Positions 42,201 to 51,262 of a DNA stretch of 64,000 bases are shown here, one piece after another (position 1 is the stretch's first letter; every line of letters starts with the position of its first letter). Below the pieces are notes generated by a model. It saw only the letters and a list, made by a program, of their open reading frames with translations. It searched no databases and was not told where the DNA came from. This stretch comes from a virus (taxonomy: Duplodnaviria; Caudoviricetes), in IMG/VR virus record IMGVR_UViG_3300034374_009547; one strand, written 5' to 3'. The position numbers and the translations under genes are program-made.

Positions 42201-42696
42201 ATGCAGCATTTAATATTTTAACAAATTGCTCATACCAATTAGGATTGGTATTGTCATTCCAAATAATACTTTGGTTGGCAAGATTATTTCCATTGCTGTC
42301 TACAATATCTTCTGTGGTGCTTATTGTTTCAAATTTTAACAAGCCACTAGCAGCAATATTACGATTAGAATTATAACTAATTAATCTTGCTAAACGTAAA
42401 ATACTTTCTCTTCTATCTGCAAGTTCGATATAGTTTTCTCTTGCATTTAAGTCTGTACGGAAAGCAAGGTTTTGACCTAAAAATGCAATCAAATCGATTA
42501 AGGCAAGATATTCCGAACTTTCAATATAATCATTGAAATCTTCAGGATAATTTTCCCTAATGTAATTAATCATTGTTCTACGCAAATTATCAAAGTCATA
42601 ACTTTGGAAATCTGCATATCTAAAACTCTGGTAAATTGTTTTCCAATCTTCTGCCAGAAGTAATCTATTTTGCCTGTCGGTTGTTGACATTTGCAC
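39235..42696 (-). CDS. gp6: Baseplate wedge subunit, T4 gp6-like (extended)
   Basis: DFQSYDFDNLRRTMINY..DFNDYIESSE..LIDLIAF..RESILRLARLISY; QNRLITAEDY. Confidence 0.85.
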   Translation of the reverse strand: MQMSTTDRQNRLLLAEDWKTIYQSFRYADFQSYDFDNLRRTMINYIRENYPEDFNDYIESSEYLALIDLIAFLGQNLAFRTDLNARENYIELADRRESILRLARLISYNSNRNIAASGLLKFETISTTEDIVDSNGNNLANQSIIWNDNTNPNWYEQFVKILNAALPANNVFGRPVSKMQIDGVSTEQYRFNSNNTDVPVYSFSKLVSGTTKRFEIVSTGIDNDTSSIVEEAPYPGNRLGFLYRDNGQGAGSSNSGFFVHFRQGTLNNTTFAVSNSTPNTIINIDADNINNDDIWLYKLDSNETESDLWNKVSNTEGNNIIYNSISKGIRSIYSVLSRVNNRISLIFSDGTFGELPKGKFKAYYRQSENESYKILPSDLIGINLQIPYVSKNGTQETLNIILELKSVVENADAEESNESIKINAPSNYYTQNRLITAEDYNVGPLGVSQQIIKAKSVNRTSSGISRYYDLKDATGKYSNTLMFGDDGSLYKENIDSKDSFEFTNRTDIEGVIYNQIVPIIKNTYVKNFYFDNFDRNKSIQDLGYSWSSSSNETNRGTGKFIDQFDISVQVSTFTSGIMKFVEKDSLIKFLPPANQYFDKYNNLKTGTPSVLGDKNYIWAKVVSITEDGTGADENGLGPIVFNEKIPNGCGIGEIIPKLNITINDDVITEIIDQTFAYKTFGLRYDTNSREWAVVFANNLNTKDNFSTSKTGDASNQQLDSSWLLLFETNGEKYTIKSRGTRYVFESDEQIRFYFDGLDRIYDSKTGKIVTDSISVLSNNNQPDSLINFTQNWTWQVSAAFRNKAGYVDSKKLELSFIDTDNDGVIDDPDLFVHIVQPDTSPLTKLVFGKKVVQNGSENFNYIDKDEAKITIVETESGIGAYSQYDADAVFYIKTKDIFKVFNSTKTALTLSVDYVAYVGRDKIRFDYVHAAAENRRIDPSSSNIMDVYLLTKNYDENYRKYLSGQVSVKPLPPSSDALYLSYGAEINKIKSVSDEVVYHPVKYKPLFGSQAPVDLQADIKIVKNPNRVVNDNDVKSRTISAINEFFALENWDFGETFYFSELATYIMKQLSPDVSNIVLVPRDETQVFGSLYEIKSENDEIFISAAAVEDVEIIDALTATRLKASGKVVTSDEVLNTGIQSEVTTTYYTGGNS

Positions 42697-42744
42697 TTAT
42701 CCTCGCTGTATAGTATATTTACCTGATATGATAAAGTGCGTAGT

Positions 42745-43179
42745 TTAAATTAAACCGTTGTTTTGATCAAATCTTAATCGTAATGTTTCTGTAATGCTGT
42801 ATGGCAAATATGTAATACTACAATCAATTTGAATACCACTTTCGTATGTATCAATAATAATATCTTTAACATTAACACGAGGATCATAATTTATTATTTC
42901 TGTGACATTTTTAATAATTGCTTGTTTTACATCTTCTGTAAACGGTTCAAAAAGTATATCCCAAATAATTGTTCCAAATTTAGGATTTTCTAACTTTTCT
43001 CCTTGACGAATATGGAAATGATTTATAATATCTTGTTTAATAATTGCAATATCATATAAATTAAAGTTTTTTGAATTAGCTACCGTGCTAATACCTCGAT
43101 AGGTTTTACTTGCAGGAATAGAATCTTTCTTTCCTTCAATGGTAATATTTTTGTATAAGGGTTTTTCACTTGTAGCCAT
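42745..43179 (-). CDS. gp25: Baseplate wedge subunit, gp25-like
   Basis: IKQDIINHFHIRQGEKLENPKFGT.IWDILFEP..YDPRV. Confidence 0.9.
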   Translation of the reverse strand: MATSEKPLYKNITIEGKKDSIPASKTYRGISTVANSKNFNLYDIAIIKQDIINHFHIRQGEKLENPKFGTIIWDILFEPFTEDVKQAIIKNVTEIINYDPRVNVKDIIIDTYESGIQIDCSITYLPYSITETLRLRFDQNNGLI

Positions 43180-43186
43180 AACGTAT

Positions 43187-44350
43187 TTATTCCGTTATTA
43201 AGAACACAGATCCATTAATTACTTTGCGTACTTGTTCTATTCTTTCATTTGTAGTTTGCTTACGCAAACCGTATCTACCATTAGATTTTCTTATAATTTC
43301 TTTATCAAATTCGATAGCTGCTTCTCTTGCACTTGAATACAATTTGTCAAATAAAGGATCGTTTATAGTTGGATTACACAAAGTGTGCAATTCTCTTGCA
43401 CGATCAGATACATTTTTACACGCCACTGCTGGATGTTCGTCAAACTCTAAATTTGCTGCTATTGCAACAGCATCTACAGCAGAAATGTTTGGCTTTGATC
43501 TTATTGCTCTATTAACTAAATTAGCGCCCACACCAACTGCTGCGGCCTGCATTAATGCTTTTTGATCTGCTGGCAATCTATTAATAGCACCATTAATGTT
43601 TGAAACTAATCCACCAACATCTCTGGTAAATTGTCCAAAAACTGGGCCTACACCTGGTATAGACGATATTGCCTTTCCAATTCCTTGTGCAAGACCGCCA
43701 GCTGCTTGTCCTAATGCATTACTTAAACCTCCTAGTGCTCCATTTAGCGCACCGCCAAAAGCACCTCCAATACTAGCTAATGATCCTGTAAGTCCTGTGC
43801 TGTTTAGTAATCCACCTAAAGCACCACCTAACATAGCACCAAATATATTGCCTCCGCCTATACTAGACAAACTTCCTTGCACACCTTGCAAAAAACTATC
43901 AATTGTTATTTCAACAGCTTCTCCTGCTGGATCAACTATACTTGTACGTTGAGGTGCATAATTGCTTGCTGGACTTGTGCCACTAAAAGTGACACCACCA
44001 GCACCGCCAACACCTCCAAAACTACCAAATGCTTCTCCTAGAACACCTTGTAAATTAGGTAATCCCGGTAAATTAGGTAATTGCGAAAGTGCACCTTGTA
44101 ATTGTCCTACAGCATTACCAATTAATGCATTTGCTGCGCCACTTACTGCACCTTCTAATGCACCTTTTAAACTGCCCCCTGTTGCAAGAGCACCTACAGC
44201 ACCAGTTAATGCACCTGCTGCTGCAATATTTCCTTGTGTTATATTGCCAATAGTAGCATCTACTTGTCTATTTGCAAGTCCAAATGCACTTTGTCTAATA
44301 GTGCTATCAATACGTCCTAAGCTGCCTTTTTTAACTGGAAATGTTGCCAT
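43187..44350 (-). CDS. Gly/Ala-rich hypothetical protein with glycine-zipper-like segments
   Basis: Long ORF in the baseplate operon; repeated GGALGG / GAxxG motifs; TAAATA upstream (44372-44367). Confidence 0.7.
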   Translation of the reverse strand: MATFPVKKGSLGRIDSTIRQSAFGLANRQVDATIGNITQGNIAAAGALTGAVGALATGGSLKGALEGAVSGAANALIGNAVGQLQGALSQLPNLPGLPNLQGVLGEAFGSFGGVGGAGGVTFSGTSPASNYAPQRTSIVDPAGEAVEITIDSFLQGVQGSLSSIGGGNIFGAMLGGALGGLLNSTGLTGSLASIGGAFGGALNGALGGLSNALGQAAGGLAQGIGKAISSIPGVGPVFGQFTRDVGGLVSNINGAINRLPADQKALMQAAAVGVGANLVNRAIRSKPNISAVDAVAIAANLEFDEHPAVACKNVSDRARELHTLCNPTINDPLFDKLYSSAREAAIEFDKEIIRKSNGRYGLRKQTTNERIEQVRKVINGSVFLITE

Positions 44351-44369
44351 GTTGTTACCCTCATAATAT

Positions 44370-45869
44370 TTATTCTAGCTCGTTTAATGGCGTTCTATCA
44401 GTGTGTACAGGTCTACCTTCCATATGAATATCTTGACTTTCTTCAACTGCTTCAGTTTTATCTGGTGCAGTTTCAGGCGGATTCCAATTTTCATGTCCAT
44501 CCCAAGGTTCGTGCTGTGGCACACGCTGCGGAAATTTTGCTTTAATTGCAGCGGTTGCTGTTTCAGCTTCGGGTCCATTCATATGAATAACAGCCGCAGT
44601 TTCGTAATGTCCGCTACTACTACTAATATGACTCTTGCCAGTACTTGTAATTTTTGTATCAACTGCTGTTGTTTCAAGAAAGTTGTTAGTTGTTATTTTT
44701 CCATCAACTCCTACTTTAACTTCCCAGTTTACTGCTGCTGTTTGATATATGTTAGATACAGCATTAAAGTTGATATTTCTGCCTGCTTCAAAATTAATAT
44801 CTCTATCAGCAACAAAATTTAAATCATTTTCACTATGAATACTAATACTATCTTGAGCGTAAATATCAATCTTACCATTGCTTGACATTTCAATCCATGC
44901 TGTGCCTCTACTATTATTGATGTATATTAAATCTTCACTAGTGTTCATCATTATTTGAGCACCTGTTCTTGTACGAAGTTTAATCATTTCGTTTGCAGGT
45001 CTAGTTACATCGCCGCCTTTTTCACTAGCTTCTTTGTTCTTGTATTTGTAAGGTGTATCTGCTGGTGATCCTTCTCTAATTAATTTGTCATCGCCATCAT
45101 CAATTACAATACTACTACTTCCTAGTCTGTTAACATGTACGGTTGCTCTGCTTTCTTTTAAACCAATTTCACCTTGAGGTGATCCACCACGTTTGTCTAT
45201 TGGACCAGGAGAACTAAAACCGTAAACTGCACTTGGAAATTCACGTTGAGCACTTGTTGTGGTAATACCACGTATATCATCTTCAACTAAACCTTGTTCA
45301 GTTAATGCAGAAACTAAATCTTCATTTACCGGTCTTTTGTATTTTACGACATTATTAGTTTGAGGCTTGGTAATTTTTTTGTTGTACTCACCTGCAGGAA
45401 GTCTTTTTCCTTTTAACTCACTAGGAACAGGACCACTTAATTGTTCTGTACTTGCTTGCCCGCTCGGCAGCATAAATGTCATGCCAACTTCAGGTACACA
45501 ACCAAACCAATAACCAAATTCTCTGCTACCTTCAACAAATGTACACAAAACAAGTGTGCCTGGATCAGGTGGAACTGCCCACCACCCGTAACTTTTTTGT
45601 GTATTTGAATAGCTGTCATTTTTTCCTAAGTGTTGGGCTCCAGTAACACCATAAAAAGGACTTGCATAATAAACAATTGCAGTTTGTCCTAATGTTTCGC
45701 CTTGGTTGCCTGCTTCAGTCATTTTAAGAAGTTCAACTTCTAACCCACCAAGATAATAAGGATCAGTGTGTTTTACAACTCTTCCAATATATGGACCACT
45801 ACGAGATATTTCTGCACCAGAATCAGGTGTTCTAGTAAGTTCCGGAGTCATATTCTTTTTGTTATCCAT
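44370..45869 (-). CDS. gp5: Baseplate hub/spike protein, gp5/VgrG-like, with no obvious lysozyme domain
   Basis: N-terminal OB-fold pattern (GRV...DP..LG.LEV; SYGWWAVPPDPG..V.C.F); LRTRTGAQI; beta-helix repeats; C-terminal P.HEPW. Confidence 0.75.
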   Translation of the reverse strand: MDNKKNMTPELTRTPDSGAEISRSGPYIGRVVKHTDPYYLGGLEVELLKMTEAGNQGETLGQTAIVYYASPFYGVTGAQHLGKNDSYSNTQKSYGWWAVPPDPGTLVLCTFVEGSREFGYWFGCVPEVGMTFMLPSGQASTEQLSGPVPSELKGKRLPAGEYNKKITKPQTNNVVKYKRPVNEDLVSALTEQGLVEDDIRGITTTSAQREFPSAVYGFSSPGPIDKRGGSPQGEIGLKESRATVHVNRLGSSSIVIDDGDDKLIREGSPADTPYKYKNKEASEKGGDVTRPANEMIKLRTRTGAQIMMNTSEDLIYINNSRGTAWIEMSSNGKIDIYAQDSISIHSENDLNFVADRDINFEAGRNINFNAVSNIYQTAAVNWEVKVGVDGKITTNNFLETTAVDTKITSTGKSHISSSSGHYETAAVIHMNGPEAETATAAIKAKFPQRVPQHEPWDGHENWNPPETAPDKTEAVEESQDIHMEGRPVHTDRTPLNELE

Positions 45870-45871
45870 AA

Positions 45872-48211
45872 TTAAATGTCCTTATATGGCGACGGCATTT
45901 TTTGGCTTGTTTGTGCTTCAACAACTTTATTAGAATTCGCTGCACCATCAACACCCAAATCTTCTGGTTGATTTCTTCTTCTTAATAATTTAAGACGTTG
46001 TGTGAATTGATTTTGTCGCACAATGTTTTCAATTTCTATAACTTTATATAGTCCACTAAATGCACCTACAGGTACCGTATCCTCAGGAAATATCATGTTA
46101 CCAAGTTCATTGTCATAATCAATAGGTGTTCTAAAGTTTAATATAACATCGCATTCACTTCTTTGGTATTCTATTTGCCCAGACGAAGTTTCATTTAAAC
46201 TAGCTGCCGTATCAGTCCAATTTCCTAGTCCTGAATCAAACATATAGTAAGGATCACCGTGTATTTCTAAGTCAACTTCAACTAAATCTACACTACCTGA
46301 TCCTAAAATTTGATCATGGAATTGTCTTGCCCAACGTATTGCACTATTATCAATGCCACTACCACCGTTGCCCATTGTACTTGTTGAATTAGTAAACATT
46401 TGTACGGTAGCACCTGACGCACTTATAGATCCTGCAGGGTTTGTATCCAGTGAAAGTGTTTGTACAGGTTGTTTTACTGCTCTGTTTTGTGTTCCGCCTT
46501 GTTTAAAATCATTTGAACCGTTATTTACATCACTTTGAACATATTGAAAGAAACTTGCGTTAAATCTAATATTAAAATTAAGTATGTCAATGTTTTTTCC
46601 TGTGTAAATGTAATTGTATTCTTTCACAGCATTATTTTTTAGTTGAACATAACTAGGACCTGGATCATTAGGTTTTTGGAAATGGCTAGTATGCACCATA
46701 TATTCAGTAACTTTGTAATGATAAACCTTTGCATCAGTACCATAAACCGTTTCTTGGTTTACATTTGGTTTCAAATATGTTTCTGCATCTATTCTAAACC
46801 AAGGAACCATACCATTAGCATCAGGAGAACGCTGCCTTAATTCTTTTGCCCAAGCAGTTGTAAGAATTACTTCTTCTATCATTCTAGTAATTTTTGTTCC
46901 TGCAGGCCAAGAAAACATTCTTTCATCGTTGCTGATAACGTTTTTTGCTCTGGTCATAACTTTATTTTTTGCATCATAAACTTGTCCAGTTTGTGCCATA
47001 GGTGCTTGACCTTGTTCTGTAAAGTCTTCTACAATTTTACTTGCTCCAATGCTATTTGCACTGCCTTCAGATTGAGCAATTCTCGCTAAATTTTGGCCAA
47101 TATTACTTTTCGTTAATACTTGACCAGTAATCATACTTAAAAATGCCTCAAAATTTTGTGGTGCTTGAGCTCCTAGGAAGCCACTTATGTTTTGAAAGAG
47201 TCCATTAATGTCTCCAGACTTGAATTGTGTTAGTAATCCTCCAAGTCCTTGTCCTAATCCACCAAGTAGACCGCCGCCGAAACCACCTAATGCACCACCT
47301 AACGCACCTTGAAGTGCGTTTTGACCAATATTTTTGTTTCCGCTTAATGCACCACCTATAACTCCACCTATTGCTCCTGCTGCAATTTGCCCAAAAATAC
47401 CGCCTGACTTACTTTTCCGTCTTGTTGCACCTGTATTTGTATTTGATGAAGTTTGTGCTGCATTTGTTTTTGTATCAATGTCTGTAGGAAACGTAATTAC
47501 AATTTCATCTGCTTCTAACAATTGATCTTGTTGTTTTAATTCTTGTAATCTACCATTTAAAATTGTTGTTAAACTTTGCTCTCCGTTTTGTAATAACTGA
47601 ATTGAAGTTTTACCTTTGATTTGGATATCACTGCCAATACCTTGTACTTGATCGCTAAATGCTTGTTCATTCCAAGGCATTGCTTCTACAGAATAAGTAC
47701 AACCACCTTGATCAACTTCAAATTCTATGTTTGTTATTTTAATTGGAAAATCTCTTCTAATGTTTTCGCCATTTTCTGTAACAAGAACATCACCGTCGTC
47801 ATCATATCCAACAAATTCAACACTTAACATAAAAGGTGAAGCAATATAATTTCTATATCCGCTATTTGTTGCTGCAATTTGTAGTGTTTGCATGAATAAA
47901 CCCATAGAATACGGTTCATAAATTGTAAATTCAAAGTAATTTGCGTTTGCAACACGAGATTTATTATTAGGCGCAACTAAACTTTTAATTGCTAAATTGT
48001 CTATAAAATATTCTAGCTTACCACCTATTAAATCTTCATAAATTGTGTTTACTTTGTTTGTTGCGCCGCCGCCACTACGTAAAATAACATTAGCAGGAAT
48101 ATTATTTTTATATGTTTCATTAGGCATTGCCAACTCGTCTCTAGTTAAACAAGACAGAGTAAAAATAGTGTTGTAACTTGCAAAATAATTTAAAATATTT
48201 TCTTTTACCAT
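45872..48211 (-). CDS. Baseplate hub / tail protein (gp27/gp44-like position)
   Basis: EPYSMGLF, LSVEFVGY, KEYNYIYTGKN.DIL.F.I, LEIHGDPYY, FSGLYKV..I....F.Q.L; adjacent to gp5-like and gp53-like genes. Confidence 0.6.
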   Translation of the reverse strand: MVKENILNYFASYNTIFTLSCLTRDELAMPNETYKNNIPANVILRSGGGATNKVNTIYEDLIGGKLEYFIDNLAIKSLVAPNNKSRVANANYFEFTIYEPYSMGLFMQTLQIAATNSGYRNYIASPFMLSVEFVGYDDDGDVLVTENGENIRRDFPIKITNIEFEVDQGGCTYSVEAMPWNEQAFSDQVQGIGSDIQIKGKTSIQLLQNGEQSLTTILNGRLQELKQQDQLLEADEIVITFPTDIDTKTNAAQTSSNTNTGATRRKSKSGGIFGQIAAGAIGGVIGGALSGNKNIGQNALQGALGGALGGFGGGLLGGLGQGLGGLLTQFKSGDINGLFQNISGFLGAQAPQNFEAFLSMITGQVLTKSNIGQNLARIAQSEGSANSIGASKIVEDFTEQGQAPMAQTGQVYDAKNKVMTRAKNVISNDERMFSWPAGTKITRMIEEVILTTAWAKELRQRSPDANGMVPWFRIDAETYLKPNVNQETVYGTDAKVYHYKVTEYMVHTSHFQKPNDPGPSYVQLKNNAVKEYNYIYTGKNIDILNFNIRFNASFFQYVQSDVNNGSNDFKQGGTQNRAVKQPVQTLSLDTNPAGSISASGATVQMFTNSTSTMGNGGSGIDNSAIRWARQFHDQILGSGSVDLVEVDLEIHGDPYYMFDSGLGNWTDTAASLNETSSGQIEYQRSECDVILNFRTPIDYDNELGNMIFPEDTVPVGAFSGLYKVIEIENIVRQNQFTQRLKLLRRRNQPEDLGVDGAANSNKVVEAQTSQKMPSPYKDI

Positions 48212-48513
48212 TACAATCCTAGTTCTTGCGCCAAAGATGACGACTTAGGCAAATAAATTTCTACGCCAGGAATCATATCAAATACCGGATCTTTTAAAAT
48301 ATCCATGTTTCTTTGTGCAAATACCCACCATAGTTTACTTGTCCCATATAAATCAAATGCTAACAGGTCTGGCCTATGGGTATATTGCGCTTCTATTTTA
48401 TACAGATAATCGTCGTCTTCTGCAGGAATAGGTCTGATTGTTAAAATATCTAGTTCACCTGACGTTGATATTGTAGTTTTTGACCAAGGACTGGTTTTTG
48501 TATAACTTGCCAT
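48211..48513 (-). CDS. gp53: Baseplate wedge gp53-like (LysM-like) protein
   Basis: RPDLLAFDLYG..KLWWVFAQRN..DPVFD..PG..IYLP. Confidence 0.8.
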   Translation of the reverse strand: MASYTKTSPWSKTTISTSGELDILTIRPIPAEDDDYLYKIEAQYTHRPDLLAFDLYGTSKLWWVFAQRNMDILKDPVFDMIPGVEIYLPKSSSLAQELGL

Positions 48514-49292
48514 TAGATGTATCCTTCATCAGATAATTGTCCAGCAACAAATTTATCAAAACTAAATTGTTCAACTTTTGATCTGCTGTATGTTGGTTTG
48601 AGAGTAAAGTTTAAGATACTACTTGTTGGTACATATTGAGTTTTACCTGCAAAATCTCCTGGTAAAGGTGCAACATTAGTTTCAATATAATCTACATTAT
48701 TTGGAAGTTCTATTGTAAAACTAGTGCAAACCACAGGTACATTGTTCAATACATAATCTCCATACCCATTCAATTTACATAATGGAGGCGGACTGCCTTT
48801 ATTACTTGTTTCACCATATGCCATTTTAGTAATACTTCTACCAAAATGACAAACTGCAAGCCAATATGCTGCATCTTGAGGTGTTTGCACAGGAAATTCA
48901 CCTGCAACATTTATGTCTTCTGTTCTGCTGTGTTGATACACAGGAAAAGGATAATTATTATGTATAGGAGCCATTTCACCATACGCAGCCGATGTCACTA
49001 ATGATATTTGAGGAACTAAAGGAAAAACAACTTGATAATCAGTTGCTGCTAATGGACGCAAAATTTCACTACTTCTAAAGGTGCTTAGGTAAGGAACACT
49101 AATTTTGACTCGCCAATCTGAACTTAATTTATCAGTATTAGCAAATCTTGCTGTAGAAGCATTTACAGAATCGTTTTCTGCACCTGCAGGACCTGTCCAT
49201 CTTCTCGATCTACCGTAATCGTTGTAGTTACCTACACTTAGTTTTTGATTATTTTGATCAAATCTTTGTTGTTCTGGATTTCTAGTAACCAT
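48513..49292 (-). CDS. Tail tube initiator / baseplate-tail tube junction protein (gp48/gp54-like)
   Basis: VFPLVPQI...Y.E..PIHNNY..Y..S...INVAGEF; GSPPPLC.LNGYG..LNNVPVV..SF.IELP..VDYI. Confidence 0.6.
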   Translation of the reverse strand: MVTRNPEQQRFDQNNQKLSVGNYNDYGRSRRWTGPAGAENDSVNASTARFANTDKLSSDWRVKISVPYLSTFRSSEILRPLAATDYQVVFPLVPQISLVTSAAYGEMAPIHNNYPFPVYQHSRTEDINVAGEFPVQTPQDAAYWLAVCHFGRSITKMAYGETSNKGSPPPLCKLNGYGDYVLNNVPVVCTSFTIELPNNVDYIETNVAPLPGDFAGKTQYVPTSSILNFTLKPTYSRSKVEQFSFDKFVAGQLSDEGYI

Positions 49293-49310
49293 GATATCAC
49301 TCCTATATAG

Positions 49311-49316
49311 TATTTA
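49311..49316 (-). promoter_or_regulatory. Late-promoter-like TAAATA motif driving the baseplate operon
   Basis: TAAATA on the minus strand upstream of 49292, back-to-back with the gp55 promoter. Confidence 0.65.
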
Positions 49317-49317
49317 G

Positions 49318-49346
49318 TTGACAAAATTATCTACGTATATTATAAT
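49318..49346 (+). promoter_or_regulatory. Consensus sigma70 promoter of gp55
   Basis: TTGACA (49318-49323), 17 nt, TATAAT (49341-49346). Confidence 0.9.
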
Positions 49347-49367
49347 ATTAAAAAGGACTATTTTTTT

Positions 49368-50195
49368 ATGAGAAAAGTTAATTATCTTAACAATAAAGAC
49401 ATGCTTGCTGAAATACACAAATCGAAAAGCACGTTTTGTAGTTTTGTAGCACCTGAATATGCTACATACGACATAATTTTACCTGAAGTAGATAAGATTA
49501 ATATCAGAACTATAGCAGAAGCAAAGCGTAATAAAGCAAAAAAACAAAGTCAAGCAGCATACGAAGAAGCTAAATCAGCTGGTAGAAAAGTCAAAATGGC
49601 TGATTTTGAAGTAGACTACAGAACAATTGAAAAAAACGAATTAATTTTTAGAATTATGACATTTGAACACGTTCCAGACGAGCCAGGACGTAAAAAGAAT
49701 CCGAAATCAGTTGCAGACACTAAAACAAAACTAAACTTTCCGCCTTTTCAGCATTATAAATTTGACGAAGACGATAATTTAATATGTGTAGGTAAAAGCC
49801 ACTGGCAAGGTGGTATGCAAAACGGACATTTTTCAAAAGATCACGGTAAAGCTACAGATAAACTAGCAAGAATGTGGATGAAATTATGTGATCGTTATGC
49901 AACACGTGGTAATGTACGTGGATACACATATAATGACGAAATGAAAGGACAGGCAATCCTTCAGCTGGCACAAATAGGACTACAATTTGATGAATCTAAA
50001 TCCAATAATCCCTTTGCTTATTATACCGCTGCTGTTACTAATAGCTTTGTGCGTGTTATTAATATAGAAAAACGAAATCAAAACATTAGAGATGACATTT
50101 TAGAAATGAATAATATGGATCCTTCATATACAAGGCAAGCTGCCGGAGAATACGAAGCTTCAAAAGCAAGATTTGAGTCTAATGGCAAAAAATAA
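49368..50195 (+). CDS. gp55: Late-transcription sigma factor, T4 gp55-like
   Basis: NYLNNKDMLAEI; YTYNDEM...AILQL....QFDESKS.NPFAYYTA...NSF.R.I..EK; lies upstream of gp47/gp46 as in T4. Confidence 0.88.
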   Translation: MRKVNYLNNKDMLAEIHKSKSTFCSFVAPEYATYDIILPEVDKINIRTIAEAKRNKAKKQSQAAYEEAKSAGRKVKMADFEVDYRTIEKNELIFRIMTFEHVPDEPGRKKNPKSVADTKTKLNFPPFQHYKFDEDDNLICVGKSHWQGGMQNGHFSKDHGKATDKLARMWMKLCDRYATRGNVRGYTYNDEMKGQAILQLAQIGLQFDESKSNNPFAYYTAAVTNSFVRVINIEKRNQNIRDDILEMNNMDPSYTRQAAGEYEASKARFESNGKK

Positions 50196-50199
50196 CAGG

Positions 50200-50228
50200 T
50201 TGATTTCTTAGTATTTTCCTATTATACT
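50200..50228 (+). promoter_or_regulatory. Sigma70-type promoter
   Basis: TTGATT, 17 nt, TATACT; GGAG RBS before TTG at 50249. Confidence 0.7.
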
Positions 50229-50248
50229 AAAAAAAACGGAGTATCCTA

Positions 50249-51262
50249 TTGTTTAAAAAAGCAGCAGTATTTACTGACATACATTTAGGTATGAAAGGTA
50301 ATAGTCGTGTCCATAATCAGGACTGCGAAAGTTATATTGATTGGTATATTGAAACAGCAAAAGCAAATAATTGCGAAACAGGCATCTTTTGCGGTGACTG
50401 GCATCACAATAGAAATAGTCTCAACCTCACAACCATGGATACAACCATTAGATTGTTAGAGAAACTAGGCGAATCGTTTGATAAGTTCTATATGTTTGCT
50501 GGTAATCACGACTTGTATTACAAAGACAAGCGTGATGTAAAGTCAACTGAGTTTGCAAAACACATACCAGGCATTACTATGGTAGATGAAATGCAAGTTA
50601 TTGATGATGTTGCACTAGTTCCGTGGTTAGTAGGCGATGAATGGCGTAGAATCGAGAAATTACAAGCCAAATACCTGTTTGGACACTTCGAACTACCATC
50701 GTTTTATATGAATGCTATGGTACAAATGCCAGATCACGGTGAACTAAAGTCGGAACACTTCAAGAATCAAGAGTATGTGTTCAGTGGCCACTTCCACAAG
50801 CGTCAGAAGCAGGGTAAGATCCACTATATCGGTAATGCTTTCCCGCACAACTATGCAGATGCTTGGGATGATGACCGTGGTATGATGATATTGGACCGCG
50901 AGAACGATGCGGAACCCGAATATGTTAACTGGCCAGAGTGTCCCAAGTACCGTACCGTTAAGTTATCACAACTAATTGACGAAAAAGATACATTAATCAA
51001 ACCAAATATGTACTTGAGAGTTACACTTGATATTGATATTAGCTTTGAAGAAGCAACATATATCAAAGAAACATTCATTGACACATATAATTGTAGAGAG
51101 ATTACACTGATTCCTCAAAAACACATTGAGGAAATTAACACAGACTTGGATATTGAACAATTTGAAAGTGTAGATCAAATTGTTAGTAACGAGATCCAAG
51201 CAATTGACAGCGAACAATTTAATAAGAAATTGTTATTAGACATATACAACGAGCTAGTATGA
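50249..51262 (+). CDS. gp47: Recombination endonuclease subunit (Mre11/SbcD-like)
   Basis: Metallophosphoesterase motifs TDIH, GDW, GNHD, GHFE, SGHFH; TTG start. Confidence 0.92.
   Translation: MFKKAAVFTDIHLGMKGNSRVHNQDCESYIDWYIETAKANNCETGIFCGDWHHNRNSLNLTTMDTTIRLLEKLGESFDKFYMFAGNHDLYYKDKRDVKSTEFAKHIPGITMVDEMQVIDDVALVPWLVGDEWRRIEKLQAKYLFGHFELPSFYMNAMVQMPDHGELKSEHFKNQEYVFSGHFHKRQKQGKIHYIGNAFPHNYADAWDDDRGMMILDRENDAEPEYVNWPECPKYRTVKLSQLIDEKDTLIKPNMYLRVTLDIDISFEEATYIKETFIDTYNCREITLIPQKHIEEINTDLDIEQFESVDQIVSNEIQAIDSEQFNKKLLLDIYNELV

Noticed and set aside
43224-44822. Plus-strand Pro-rich ORFs (43224, 43596, 43962, 44403)
   Set aside because: Shadows of the Gly-rich minus-strand genes; no RBS or promoter support.
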